Assembly: GCF_902459465.1 (NCBI RefSeq)
Contig: NC_047062.1
Span: 20,460,001-20,524,000 of the forward strand
Direction: 5' to 3'
From: Asterias rubens
Taxonomy: Eukaryota
Length of the DNA stretch: 64,000 nucleotides
Shown here: in pieces, positions 12,761 to 25,982 of the stretch
How positions within the stretch are numbered: the stretch's first letter is position 1
Layout: each line of letters begins with the position of its first letter
Position numbers and translations under genes: made by a program
Notes under the pieces: generated by a model
The model's input: only the letters and a program-made list of their open reading frames with translations
The model's database searches: none
Told to the model about the DNA's origin: nothing

Positions 12761-15439
12761 TAAGCCTCCCAAAACTAACTACGGTCAGTCAGATAATTAT
12801 TAGTAACTTGTGGCAGTGAGGGTGGGTCAACCTAAAGATTGTCAATATTTGTCTTATCATAGGCGTAGTCATAGGTCACGTTAGGGAGGCTGCCAACATA
12901 CTCTAGATAGCTCAGTTGATAGCGCTGGCACTCGCCAATCCGAAGAATAATAGTCAATATTTTTTTAAAATCATTAACTATTACAAAAGGCGAAGCCGAA
13001 CCACTTTCGACCAATCGACACACAGCAGGGCAACCACCCGGCGGCCCGGCGCGGCGGGCGCGAGGTTTTAGTGAAACAAATTATGCACAGCGCCCTCAAG
13101 CGAATTAAAGTTTTTATGTTTTTACGATGAAAACAACAAGACAAGAGTGATGTGATTTTACGTTACCTTCAATCTTTGATTTTTAATAATAATGAATACT
13201 TTTCAATGGGACGCATTAATATATGGTAGGTCTGACTTATGTGTACACGCCCTCCTCAATGATGTAGACATTTAGTATCAGATCACCTGCTTTCTCCGTT
13301 TACTTCGGATGGGAGCGCTGGACGTCATCAGCATTGCATGTAGAAATCAACTGCATTAGTTCCGTGATAAAACTGCATTATTTGACAATCAATGCATCCA
13401 TTTGTTATCAACACTATATCCAACACTGTGACTTAGTATACAAAAGAAAACTACCTGGATATGTTCTTTCTTTGTGAATAAATCATGTTTAGTTAGGACC
13501 AGTCAACGCTGGTGTTTTTTTTTAAAAGATAAGTAAGAGTATCTATATGACTGATCAGACGTTCAGACGTTTGTTCACTTCATTCATGATTCATGTGATT
13601 GTGATTGTGAGACTGTTATTGTTAAAAAGACAGTATTTTTAATCACCCATCCATTATAACCATCCATAAGGCCATTTATTGGAGGATAATGACCAATTAT
13701 TGAAATGTACTTACAACATAACGTAGCATCATAAAATTGTATTAAGTAATTTGGGCTAATTGAGCGGTACTGACTACATGTACTAGTACTAGGCCGACTA
13801 CCTAGTTTTTAGTTTTAGAACATTAAAATGGTTTCATTGTATAAAACAATGTATTGGTCTTTTTCCCCCTCTCCACATACAATGTCACATGTGTGTACAG
13901 ACAATCTTTTGAAAGACGGAGCAATCACTGGTGTTTGTCTCATTTCCCGGAATGCATCTTGTTTATACAGTGTGGGAAAGCTTCAACAAATAAGTCAGGT
14001 ACATGATCATTGTAAAATGTAATTCATAATTGAAACATAAATAAGCCCCCATCTGTATTTATGTTCAAGGTAATTATTCTACATTTCAAACAACAAGTTG
14101 GATTCAATACTCTGAGTGACTGAGTGAGAGTTATGTATGAAATGAGTTGTGACGGTGACACAGAAAGGTCAGGTTACCAGTGTCAGGTGACACTGAAAGG
14201 TCAGGTGACCAGTGTCAGGTGGTCTGTATTTGAATGTTAAGTGAGCCATATGGTTGCCCTTGAAATATAATCATACAGTAAACAAAAATAAATAACTATT
14301 GAGGCCTATCAATTGGTTTATGTTTCTCTTGTATACAGTATATTAAGAGAAAAATAAGCCAATTGTCTTTTTTTTTCTCTTTGAAATTCCAGAAGTGTAT
14401 GAGCCAATTCTCGTCATTTTTCACCAAAGTCTCCAAGGAACAGGATGAGGATCTTTGTCAGAATGGAATCACTTTAACAACGGAGTGTGATACAAAAGGA
14501 GTTACATTTCACATTTACAACAAGACCACTTGCAGGTACTTGCTTTGTGCAAGGGTTTCAAATATTAATATATTGACGAAGATGAAGACTTGAGTTCTGG
14601 TTCCACCTTTGTCCGTAGGTTGTGGTATATGTGTAGATCCGGATTTAATTTCATGGTTCTGCTTACTGCAGAATTCTGTGTTTGTGGCACCCTGAAGAGC
14701 ACATAAGCTGGAAGCACAGATGAACTTATGGCCTTTACACAAAGACAATGCTCTTATGACAATACAGCCTACTACAAGTTGGCCTTAATTTTGTTATGCA
14801 AAACTGTAACACCTCCAATGGAGGGAGGTAAATGGAGGGCAAGGAGTTGAGGGTGGGGTGGACATTACTGCTACCAAATGACCAATATTTCCAGCAGCTT
14901 TTTATCTGTCTGTTGAAGTTCAATAATATCCATTATTTGACAGTTGTTTTCCTGTAAATCCTCTGAAATGTGACCCTTATTTGGTTCAGGGGCATTACCT
15001 TGCAAATCATAAATTTTTTTCAGAATTTTATTAAGTTTCCAAATCGCACCCCATGATTTTTCTCAAAAATTTAATTAAGAGTACACTTGATTGAATACTC
15101 AAATAAATAAAATAATTTGTTTTCCTGCCATTGTGTTTACGAAGCATTTACGCTACAGCGGCAAAGACAAGACAAGGCCTTCTACTCGGCAATGTTCCCC
15201 ATGGTGTGCTAGTTTGCAGCTATTCCCCCCCAAGACTGGCTACGACTGCAGTCAAACACTTTGAGGGTTTCTGCCATTTACTTCGAGTGTGATGTCCAGA
15301 GAGTGAGGCGATACTCACGACACGTAAGTTTGCCAAAAATGTAGGCTGATAAATGTAATTATTGCTTAGGTATAGAAGGCACAAGATAGAGTGAAATGGA
15401 AAATTGGTGACGAGGCTTTCCTCCTGCAGTGGAGTGAAA

Positions 15440-15655
15440 TAGGCTAGTGGCTAGACTTCAGGACTTGCAATTACAAGGTTGTTAGTTCAAATCCGGCCTT
15501 AAACTAATCTCGGATTTCCCAATGACTGAAAAGTCAAACAGATATAAACTGCCCTTTTAAAATATAGACTCTTTTGAAAGATTGTATTGCTTGTGAATAT
15601 CTTACCATTTGAACAATTTGTATTGTACTTGAGTATTGCACTGCAAGTGGCGCAG
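15440..15655 (+). mobile_element. Old tRNA-derived SINE remnant in the putative 5' UTR intron
   Basis: ggctagtggctag A-box-like and gttcaaatcc B-box-like motifs. Confidence 0.45.
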
Positions 15656-15705
15656 GTGAAAAGTCAATCATTGATCTCTTATTTATTCATTACAGGTATG
15701 AAAAG

Positions 15706-16560
15706 ATGAAGTGGATATGTAACCAGACCCTGCCGATATATGCATCACAGATCACATTGTGCCTCCTTATCCTGCTGGTTGTAATACCACAGACATGCAG
15801 AGGAGAAGCCCAGATACCAGACTGCTCGCGTGCCCAATCAAGAGTTGCCAGGGGGCTCCTTCAGAAGGACTTGTATCCAGTCTTTAAGGCTGGAGGATGG
15901 GAGTTCCCCCAATCCTGCCCACTCAAGCCATCCAGGGACATGTATTCACATCAAGAAGAGAGAAAATGGTGTGACAATATCAACAAATGGTACTGCAACT
16001 ACTGCGGCAAGGCCTTCACAAGTGAGAACACTTTAGACGCGCACTTCGCTAACCGCCACTCTCGGACAATTGTGAGCGGTGAGGACGCGGTCTGTCTCGC
16101 TGATCACTGCGATTATCTTCGATGTGACATCATCTCCGGAGCCAAGACAGGCTCTTACTGGGACAAGACGCTGTGCAAGCAAACCGCATTGGACAGGCTA
16201 AAGCAGAGGTGTGAGACGATCATTAAGTCATGCCTTCCTGAGGGTCTTACTGGGATGCTCAAACACGAACTCCGAGACAAACTTAAGAAAGCCCTGTGCT
16301 CTTCCTTGACCTGTGAACTGTTTTGGGAAGCACCCTCAAAAGAGAGTACCCCTCACGGTACAGCTGCCTATGCTATCGTAACCTGCATCCTGATTGTTGG
16401 GTTGTTACTCTATTACCTTGTGGCGTATACACATTTCTACACTGACAGTTCGTTGCTAAACAGCCAAGATACAGGTGTCTTCAACACTAAGGAGTCAGAA
16501 CCTCACTTTACTAGAGATCCGTTCGGAAATGAAATTCGTAATAGATACCAACAAAGGTAA
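15706..16560 (+). CDS. Uncharacterised 284-aa type I membrane protein with Cys-rich ectodomain and C2H2-like motif (single coding exon)
   Basis: 855-nt ORF. Hydrophobic N-terminus ITLCLLILLVVIPQTCRG, motif WYCNYCGKAFTSENTLDAHFANRH (C-x2-C-x12-H-x4-H), TM AAYAIVTCILIVGLLLYYLVAY. Acceptor tttattcattacag at 15695 implies a 5' UTR intron; possible donor gtaagt at 15324. Confidence 0.85.
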   Translation: MKWICNQTLPIYASQITLCLLILLVVIPQTCRGEAQIPDCSRAQSRVARGLLQKDLYPVFKAGGWEFPQSCPLKPSRDMYSHQEERKWCDNINKWYCNYCGKAFTSENTLDAHFANRHSRTIVSGEDAVCLADHCDYLRCDIISGAKTGSYWDKTLCKQTALDRLKQRCETIIKSCLPEGLTGMLKHELRDKLKKALCSSLTCELFWEAPSKESTPHGTAAYAIVTCILIVGLLLYYLVAYTHFYTDSSLLNSQDTGVFNTKESEPHFTRDPFGNEIRNRYQQR

Positions 16561-19487
16561 CATAATGCTCAAAGTTCAAACTCTACTGGGTTCTATAAAT
16601 GAGTTTCAATAGTTAGACATGTTTCATCTTGATAGAACACATTTTTGTATAGCCAATTAGTTTTAGTTAATTTATCCTTTTGAGACCAAAGCGAACACAA
16701 GCGGCTGAGAGGATTGGCCTATCTCCATTCACATAAAAAAGAGGTCAAAGTAAAGCTCATGTCAGAATATGAAATTTTTCAATGTTGAATAGTATCCCAA
16801 TCTGTATACGTAAAACTAAATTTTCCGTTTCATGTTAATCTGTTAATATTTTTACTGACAAAAATTGATTGAAGAAATCAACAACAATGTCTGGGTGTCT
16901 TGTGATGATTATACAGAAATGAATCTCTATGAAAGGGTTAAGGGGTCATTTGTTGATCAATTTTTGTTAACTTGATTCTTTTCCGATTCTTTCTATGACC
17001 AACATTAATAAGAAAACCACCATCTGGTGGGTGTACATATTTAAAATTATTACATGGTTCATGGCTAAATGATTTAAAGTAACAATTATGGACAATAATT
17101 ATTCAAGTGAGAAGTCATCTTAAGATTTCATAAAAACAATAAAGTTTATTCAGTTATCTCAAAATCAAATAAACATGTGTGAAGTTTGCCTTCCTTTGAG
17201 TTTCAAGGGGGGGGGGAGACCCCTATTATTTACCATTGGTTAAAAAATGTTCTCAATTTATAAGCGGCTTATATATTTTCAGACGATTGCAAATGTACCT
17301 GATAAACAAAGAATGGGGGATTTGAATTAAATCATCCAGAGCTACACAAATTAATGGTAATTTTGATCAAACACTCAACATTTGATAGTTTAAACAAGCA
17401 GGAAAAAAATAAAGAAAATTTGTGACAAGACAGTGATTTCCTTTATATTCTTTATATTCAGGCAAAGGAATTTAGTGGAGTTGGTCTGGTACATGTATTT
17501 GAAAGGGCAGGTGGAAGGCTACTAGAAAACAATTCTACAGATAATCCCCACTTAATGTCACACAGTGTCGAGCCCCCCATCATACAATCATATATCATTT
17601 TTTGAAAAGGAAATTTTAGCGTTTGCATAAATACTGTGTGCGGCATCATGCAGTAGTTTTATCAAATTTCTTGCATGGTTGGTGAACCACTTGGCTGCAT
17701 AGACAAATAAGAACAATTGTTGCAGCTTCCAGCCCACGCCATGGTGCCTATACAGATGAAAAGTTATTAGGAATAATCTATACCCAAGTTGGAATGATGC
17801 AAACAAGTTTGTGCAAATCGGTAGAAAATCTGAGTACCACATGACCACAATCAGTTAATGGCTTACAGTAACATGCACATGGAAAATGCTCAAAGGGTAC
17901 AGCATCAGTACAGCAATGAATCTTGTGTTGGTTACCCACTTTAAAGTAACAAATATCCATTAGTAAAAGAAACATATATCAAACTTTCAATGTTTTCTTC
18001 TTGGTTTCTAGAAAGTAGGCAAATACAAACAGTTTGAACCGGTGTTGTGTTTGGCTTCAAAAAGACATTCAATTGCGTACAACGGCATCAATATTTACTT
18101 GTGGAATTGTTTTGTTTGCGGAAAGTTCCAAGGTTAAATTTTGTCCCTTGTAAACAAGACAGGGGCGTCCTGTAAATTATAGAACTTATAAACATTTTGT
18201 CTGAACTGTTACTTAAAGATGATGTTTTTTTTGTGCTGTCATTGACAAATGCTCATAAATAATCAACTTTACAGAAACTCTACTACAGCCATTCCTAAGG
18301 CACATGTTTGTCCCTCAACAGCTTTGACCGTAATTAGGAAATGTCTGAATTTGTGGCTGCGGCTGCAACTCAACTGCATTGTATTATCACTCTCAAAATT
18401 ACTGCAGCTTTCAATGGTATAAAAGCAATTTGAGAAAAATTTCCCTTCAAAGTAATGTGAAAAAAGAAATAAAAAAAGTGTGTATGCCCTGAAATTGGAA
18501 TATGAAAAGTGTTTCTGTGTTAATGTTTCTCAAATTGGGTATCCCTATTGGGGATTATACTTCCTGACATAACCGTTTTGAATTTAGAGAGATATATCAA
18601 AAACGTGACCACCATTTGAAATAAACTTTTCACATGTTATTTGTATTGTACAGTTTGTATAATATCTACATTTATATAAATTAAAACAATCAAACGGTTC
18701 CAAAAACCTGAGTTATAGACAAGCTTTGCCTGTAACATGGTAATGCAGCTCTGCAGCGGCAGCCGCTAACTTGGAAATGGCCTAATTTAGACGTCAAAGG
18801 TAAGAAATGTCATATCAGAATTACCCAGAGAAAGCTAAACAATAAAGCACCTTGATGTGTTCAAGTATAGTTGGAATCAATATGAATTGTTTAATACTTG
18901 AACCATGAAAATTAACACAATTAAAGGATTATAATGCCATGCTCAAGTTCATAATGGTGTGGGTCTGATACCGGTCTAGACAATCATCTCATTGAGCAAG
19001 ACACTTTACAACACATGCTTCTCATCACCTAAAGGTTATTGTGTACCTGTCAGGGCAGAGATAGTTCTATAGTTCTTTCACTCCATGAATGAACAAGTTG
19101 GAAATTCCATCTTTTTAAGATGCCGCCTGTAATATGGAGTCAAGTTTCAGTTATTTTGTCAAACCTCAAATTTTCAAAAACATCTTACTTGCCATTACTC
19201 ATCAAAGTGTATAATAAACACCAACAAATAACTCCTCAATTTGCAGGAGTCTTTCAACAACAAGCTTGAGACAAGCTGCCACCTCAATTCATGTGAAGAC
19301 ATTTACTATTTTCAGAACATTAGCTGAAGAAAGATTGCTAAACCTAAATGTAATAAAATAGTGTACAATACAAAGGAAAGTGCAGCTCAAAGTAACGGCA
19401 TTGTTAATGACTTTAGATGAGTAACATTTATGTATAAGAAGCAAAGTTAAGTAACAAAGTAAGGGATTTTTTTTTTAAAGTGTGCGT

Positions 19488-19618
19488 GGGTGGATTTCAC
19501 TGTGAGTTAAGACTAGTCTTATACGTACATGTATCTTGAGTTAGGATGAGCCTTATGTTTTGAATAACTCCTAAGGAGTCCTAGGCCTAAGTTAGGACTA
19601 TCTGCGTGAAATCGACCC
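19488..19618. mobile_element. Harbinger-like MITE (CTAG-rich family)
   Basis: GGGTGGATTTCAC...GTGAAATCGACCC|CAG. Confidence 0.75.
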
Positions 19619-20596
19619 CAGGTACCATTTCAATCCTGTTAACTCTCATGAAACAAAGCAGGAAAAAACACCTGTGAAAGGTTTAATTTGACTTGTTTTT
19701 GAGAAGAAAAAAAAACAAACTAACCCTGAACCAAAAAAATAATTATGGTTTAAAATTTGTTTTGTGTGTGTTGGTCTATATTCATGATTACAACTCAAGT
19801 TTCCCATAAATTCTATCAAACATAATTGGTTAGCAGTACCATTACTGATTTGAAAATAAATAAGATTTCATATTACAAATCAATAATAATAATACTCTTC
19901 TTATGCAGCTATTGTGTTAAGGGCCATCAACTGTTAATAATTGTACTTTTAGGGACCATAGCCGTTCCTGTACTAAAATGGCCACAACAGCCACAAAAAA
20001 AATCAATCAAAGAAAAAAACTGACTTTGTAAAATCCATCAAACTCAACAGGAGAGGACAATTCCCATGATTACCATATCATCATGTTTCTTAATAATCAT
20101 TTCTATCACAATCGTTTTTCCCCGGGAGATTTTCAATTCAAAATGGTGTTGACAAATTGGAAAAAAATCAGCCGTTTAAAAAACAAAAGTTAAAGCACAG
20201 AGCTGAGTGGACAAATGTAAGCGGCTTTTGATAAACATGTAGATAAGGAAGAAATGCATAATTAAACAAGCGGTCACTCGCTCGAGGTTGAACCCCCAAA
20301 ACCCTAAAAAAAGAAATTGAGGCAAAGCTTGAGGTTTCATCTTTTTAATTTTGCATTCCTCCCTAAATACATGTATGCGTACTGTTCACCCTTAAGATCT
20401 TAGACAAATATTGCAGCATACACATGAGGCAACAATAAAAGAGAATCAGTCAAGATTGCAGATGCAATCAAAGTCAAAGCAAAAACAGTCAAAGCATTTC
20501 TAAAATTAAGACTCGGATTGCAGGGAAGTTAAAGAAAATAATAGTTAGAAAAGTTCAGCTAATTTTTACAAAATTTTAAAAATAAAATTTAGTTAA

Positions 20597-20950
20597 AGGC
20601 AGTGGACACTATCGGTAATTACTCAAAATAATTATTAGCATAAATAGAGGTTAATAGTATAAAACATTGTGAGAAACAGCTTCCTCTGAAGTGACGTAGT
20701 TTTTGAGAAAAGAAGTAATTTTCAACAAATTTGATTTCGAGACCTCAAGTTTAGAATTTGAGGTCTCGAAATCAAGCATCTGACAGCACACAACTTCATC
20801 TGACAAGGGTGTTTTTTCTTTCATAGTTATCTCGCAACTTCGACGACCAATCGAGCTCAAATTTTCACAGGTTTGTTATTTTATGCATATGTTGAGATAC
20901 ACCAAGTAAGAAGACTGGTCTTTGACAATTACCAATAGTGTCCAGTGTCT
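20597..20950. mobile_element. TTAA-target MITE, family A
   Basis: TTAA|AGGCAGTGGACAC...GTGTCCAGTGTCT|TTAA. Confidence 0.9.
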
Positions 20951-23561
20951 TTAAAGCAAAGTTCCCAAGGATGTCAAGTCATAACAAAGGTTCTGGAAGT
21001 TTGTACATTAACATAACTGCTTAAGATGCAACGCATAAGTCTTTGACTTATTAGATAGCTAATAGATTTTGATAGTCAAGGAAGTTATAAACTTTCAGTT
21101 GAGACACTAAATCAAGAATCTGTCAACATTAGTTAGTTACAAAAGATACAAATGAGTTGTCAGGACCAGACTTTCTGATATTATTACCAGCAGCAACCGC
21201 GGAACAACTGTCATGTTTGTGCTATTTGTGTGGCACTTGTGTCAACGTGAATATGTTTTATGCTACTTTCTCATTTTAAAACACCATCACCTGTCAGAGT
21301 TCTATTGAAGAGTTCAGAGTTCATTGGGAAAGTAAGAGTCTGTTCAAAATCTTTCGGCAAATTGGCGTCATGCAACTTTTAACAAACATGGATGTATCTT
21401 CTTTCCCGGATAATTGATCTCTGCTATAGACCATATTGAATAACCCCTTTTTGCTACGAAAGTCGCCATCTTGTAGGGCAAACCGTATGCGCGTCCAAAC
21501 GCGTACATCAATGAAGCACGCAGCACGAAACATTCCCGGTTTGATTTCTACGGCACATGCACGCACACACGCACGCACACGCGCACAGACACTATGTTGG
21601 AGGTCAAATAATTTGAATGGTGACGTCATATTCAATTCGCCCTATTCACTAATACTGCCAAATACTGCAAACCTAGTGGACTTTCCACACTCCTCCTATC
21701 AGACAAATGTAAAGGCCTTCCAATTTCAAATTGATTTTTTTAGATGCACTTATTTTCATCTGAGGAGAGTCTAATGAAGTGGGGAAAAAGTTAAAAGTTT
21801 TCAGAGCAAATGTTGAAATACGTCGTCAGACAGATAAAACAACCAGGTCTGTACATTCCAAAGAGGAATTTTTGCCCCAGAAGGTAAAATTCAATGCATT
21901 TTGATTGACTTTCTTCAAAAATTTAGGAATTAACTTATTTTTTTTTCTAGAACATGTAGAATTTTTGTTGACAAATATTGCACTAGAAGGGTATCCTACT
22001 CCAGTGCATCATACACTATTTCAACAAGAGGTTCGAGACTTTGAATTTGTTGCCCAGTTTGCATAAGGACTCTATCTATTGGAAAATGAGTGGATCACAA
22101 AACTGAAATTGACTTTGGAGTGCTTCTTTAACTTAGAACAGACATTTACCAAATATACTGCCAGGTCAAAAATGAACACACAATAATGAACTTCTCAGAC
22201 TGAAAACAAGTGCTGCTGTTTTTGTCTTGTGGTGTGGGCAAGTCTTTTGCATAAGCCCTTTCCACTCCGTATCTCTTACCCTGGTGGAATACAGCCCCAA
22301 GTGATCCAAGTGTAAAAGAGCCGGCCTTTATTCCCTGGAGTTGTGTGAAAAAGGCTCAAGTTGCATAAAAAGGGCAATCCACCGTATAAGTTTTCTGGGC
22401 CCAATTTCATGCCACTGCTAAATAGATGATTCAGGGCTTAATGGCACCCTGAAAAGCAGGTAACTCTATGGGCGTCAAGCGCAGAAAGTTGCCGCAAGCA
22501 GCCCTAGAAAATGGTTCCCTGATGAATGTAGAGCCTAAAGCATTGCTGATCTTTGCAAAGATTGTCTGGGACCACATGATCTACATGAAGTTAGGCTTTG
22601 TTTCCAATCTGAGGAACTACATTTGTGCGTTCACTACCTTTTTCTACAAGGTATCCCCCACCATTTGCTTCTATACACTGTACCTCTGGACAGAAGAATG
22701 TTGATTAGGAATGATTCACTGTATGAAAGTTACAGTCACCTACTGTCTCAAAAACACTGTCCCATTCTCCCAGCTGGTCAATATGGATGCATGAACTTAT
22801 CTTGGTTTGTCTACAAAACAAGATATTAGGCCTACAAGGTATATCAGGTATACAGGTATCTTACCTGATTAGGGATAACCATTAGAGCTCAAATTGAGAT
22901 AGTGTAGCTCACTAAATGTCGTTGATCATTCACTAAATGCCATTCACTATTAATGTCGATGATCACTTTACATAAAGAATATTGTTTGGATCGACAATCA
23001 GGTTGCACACATGCTACTAAAAAAGGTTTACAAAAATGAAAAAAAAAAGATGAAGAAAAAAGAGTGATTTGGAGGTTCAAGAAGCAGGCAGGATTCTCTC
23101 AAACCTCTATCATTGTGTTTGTAGACATTGGAACTTCCTACGATTCATTGCTTAATAGACTTTCATAATTTGTCTTAAATATAAGTATCACAATATTTTT
23201 CCCAAATAAAGATTCCATAATTTCAGTAAAATTTCTCTAAATCCCAGAATGAAAACTCTCAATATAGCTGTATGGTAAGGTTATTAAGACTTTTGATAGT
23301 AAACTAATGATTTTGTTCATCAAACTTCAAAGTCATCTCCGATCAGTATAAAAACCTTATGGATTAACTTGAAAAAAATAAATTTGTTCAATTTTAAAAA
23401 TTAATAAAACAATGTCTTTCGCCTGAAAAAAATAGTACCATGGTTGATTATCTTTATAAACTTTTAAAATTAAATGCACAATTGAAAGTTTTTTATTATT
23501 GCTGTACACTTAAGTCATTAGTATGTTACAGGGTTTTTAATCACTAAATCATGTATTTCAT

Positions 23562-23818
23562 TTACTTTGCAAGACATTTACTCTGCTTGCTTGTGTTCCC
23601 ATTTGTTACAAAACCTTCCCGCTCCCTTAGAGATCGTTTTAAATTTCTTACATCCCTCCATCCGTCCTGCAAACTGTGGTTCGGCACCGCGTTGTCGTTG
23701 TGAGTTCTGTTGTTCGATGTTGTGTGGTTGGTACCCGTGCAGTTGGTTTCTGATATCGATATTAGTCTTTGGATGTAATCTAGAAGTTTCTCGTAGAACA
23801 TTGGCACACCATCGTAAC
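23562..23818 (-). CDS. ITPK1: ITPK1 coding exon 10 (terminal)
   Basis: (G)YDGVPMFYEKLLDYIQRL...SKCLAK*; tcacag acceptor; completes FPGYDGV (human FPGYEGV). Confidence 0.92.
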
Positions 23819-25210
23819 CTGTGAATCGTGACAAATCACAACATTGGTTTTGTTTGTGTGTAAACAAATAACATCATGCTCCAAATAGAAACAACTGAAA
23901 CATCAGCCAAGTTACTGATATCTTATTGATGTAATGGCATCAGTAACAAAGATCCCTGATCCATCAAGCTATGCCCCTCTAGCTAAGGGAGATGAATTGT
24001 TTCTTCAGATGTCATCTCAAAGTAGTTTGGGTTTTTGACAATTCTAGACACCTAGGAATACTAAAGGATCTGCCCACTGATGAAGCAATTTGCATATGTG
24101 TGTCCTCGCCGAATCAAAAGTCTTAAGAGAATAATAAAATTGGACAACAGTTAATATCTGCATGTGGAGTTACAATGTATTGAGCAGCGTTTGGCTGCCT
24201 TTCATGCAAGGAGTTTTTTTCTAAGGGATCTTCTTCAAGAGAATTGTTCACAAACTGTATGATTATTTTCTTGCAGTGCTGTGCATAGTAGCAAGGGATT
24301 TCAGGAGGTACAAAAAACTCCTCTCTGGCTCTTAGAAGCCGCATATAGCGAGTCAGCAAACCCAAGTGTAACATAGGCCTGAAGACAATTCTGCTTAGCG
24401 TATTAATGTGCTTGGAACAGAAAAGCGAGGAGATGTTAATACTGCTGGAGTTTATCCACTGATTACACAAAGTACAATGTCATAGATACTCTATTGCTTC
24501 TCTGTGAAGTTCTGTCCACAGTGAACCGGCAGAGTCTACAATTTCAGTCTTCGCAAATTCTGCAGTCTCAGCGAGACTCTATCATCTCATCTCTCAGAAG
24601 CAAAAAGAGACTACTGGTAAATGACCAACAACTGTAAAGATGATTTGCAAGGCCATCACATTTCCATCAAACTCAAAGGGGAAATGAAAGTGAACTTTAT
24701 TAGCTAGGTTATTAATAGGCCATTTATACGATTGACGACTTCAAAACCAAATTCACTGATATCAATGTAATTACATCATTTGCCAAGATACTTGATCCAC
24801 CAAGCAACATGTATGCCCCTCTCCCAAAGGATTTGCAAAGAAACTTGATCCATCAAGCTATGTACCCTTTCCAAAGGACAAGGAATAAAGCAATTTGGAT
24901 TCCCAAAAGAAGATGCTCAGAGAGAAATTCTCAATTTCAATCACTATATTCAAGCCGGACTTAGCAATCAATCAACACTGATGCGCAGAGTGGGTGTCTG
25001 GAAATGTTGGCAGGAGGAACGACATCATCACTGTTCTCATGCCTAGCAAGGACTTATAAAGTTCAACCACTTTCTCTAACAAAGACCCGGTCCAAGATTA
25101 GCCTGAACATCTAGCATCACACTTGGAGGCTCATGAAGTACGCCAGAGATCTGCTGTTGAGCCCACCTACATAATCATCTTTGACCTTGTATCATTTGAC
25201 ATGGCTTTAA

Positions 25211-25982
25211 AGGAACACGTTGCCTTGGATCGGTCGAGTTGGTCTTTGACAAGCGTTTGTAACCGTTTGTTATAAAATGCATATGATTAGAAAGTTATTT
25301 TAAAAGTAGAATATAATGATCCACACGAGTATCACTCAAAATTGCGTGGTTTTCCTTTTACCTCGTTGACAAACACGGTCGGCCGTTTATGGGAGTCAAA
25401 TTTTTGACTCCCGTAAATGGCCGACCGTGTTAGTTCGCAAAGTAAAAGGAAAACCACGCAATTATAAGGCAAATGTGTGTGGATCATTGTATTCTACTTT
25501 TAAAGGCAGTGGACACTATTGGTAATTGTCAAAGACTAGCCTTCACAGTTAGTGTATGTCAACATATGCATAAAATAACAAACTTGTGAAAATTTGAGCT
25601 CAATCGGTCATCAAAGTTGCGAGGTAATAATGAAAGAAGAAAACACCCTTGTCACACAAAGTTGTGTGCGTTTAGATGGTTGATTTCAAGACCTCAAGTT
25701 CTAAACTTGAGGTCTCGAAATCAAATTCGTGGAAAATTACTTCTTTTTCCAAAACTATGGCACTTCAGAGGGAGCGGTTTCTCACGATGTTTTATACCAT
25801 CAACCTCTCCCCATTATCGTCACCAAGAAAGGTTTTATGCGAATATTTATTTTGAGTAATTACCAATAGTGTCCACTGCCTTTAAAACATCGTTCTAACC
25901 ATATGCATTTTATAACAAACGGTTTCAAACGCTTTTCGAAGACCAACTTGACCGATCCAAGGCAACAAGGCAACGTGTTCCT
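25211..25982. mobile_element. TTAA-target palindromic MITE, family D (host of the nested family A copy)
   Basis: TTAA|AGGAACACGTTGCC...CAACGTGTTCCT|TTAA; central hairpin ggtcggcc..gggagtcaaatttttgactccc..ggccgacc. Confidence 0.88.
25504..25881. mobile_element. TTAA-target MITE, family A, nested inside another MITE
   Basis: Perfect TIRs AGGCAGTGGACAC/GTGTCCACTGCCT with TTAA TSD. Confidence 0.92.

Noticed and set aside
12000-15700. Shared bidirectional promoter for EGLN1 and the membrane-protein gene
   Set aside because: Not supportable. A donor at 15324 suggests the second gene may start near 15.2 kb, about 3 kb from EGLN1; TSS data are needed.
17560-20520. Several hydrophobic exon-like segments on the - strand (e.g. 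WVTNTRFIAVLMLYPL, NALTVFALTLIASAIL)
   Set aside because: They cannot be joined into a coherent phase-compatible ORF. The hydrophobicity is explained by T-richness of that strand.
21950-22830. Coding-looking stretch with interrupted frames
   Set aside because: Stops occur in all frames and I could assign no motif. It may be an old TE relic in or after the ITPK1 3' UTR.
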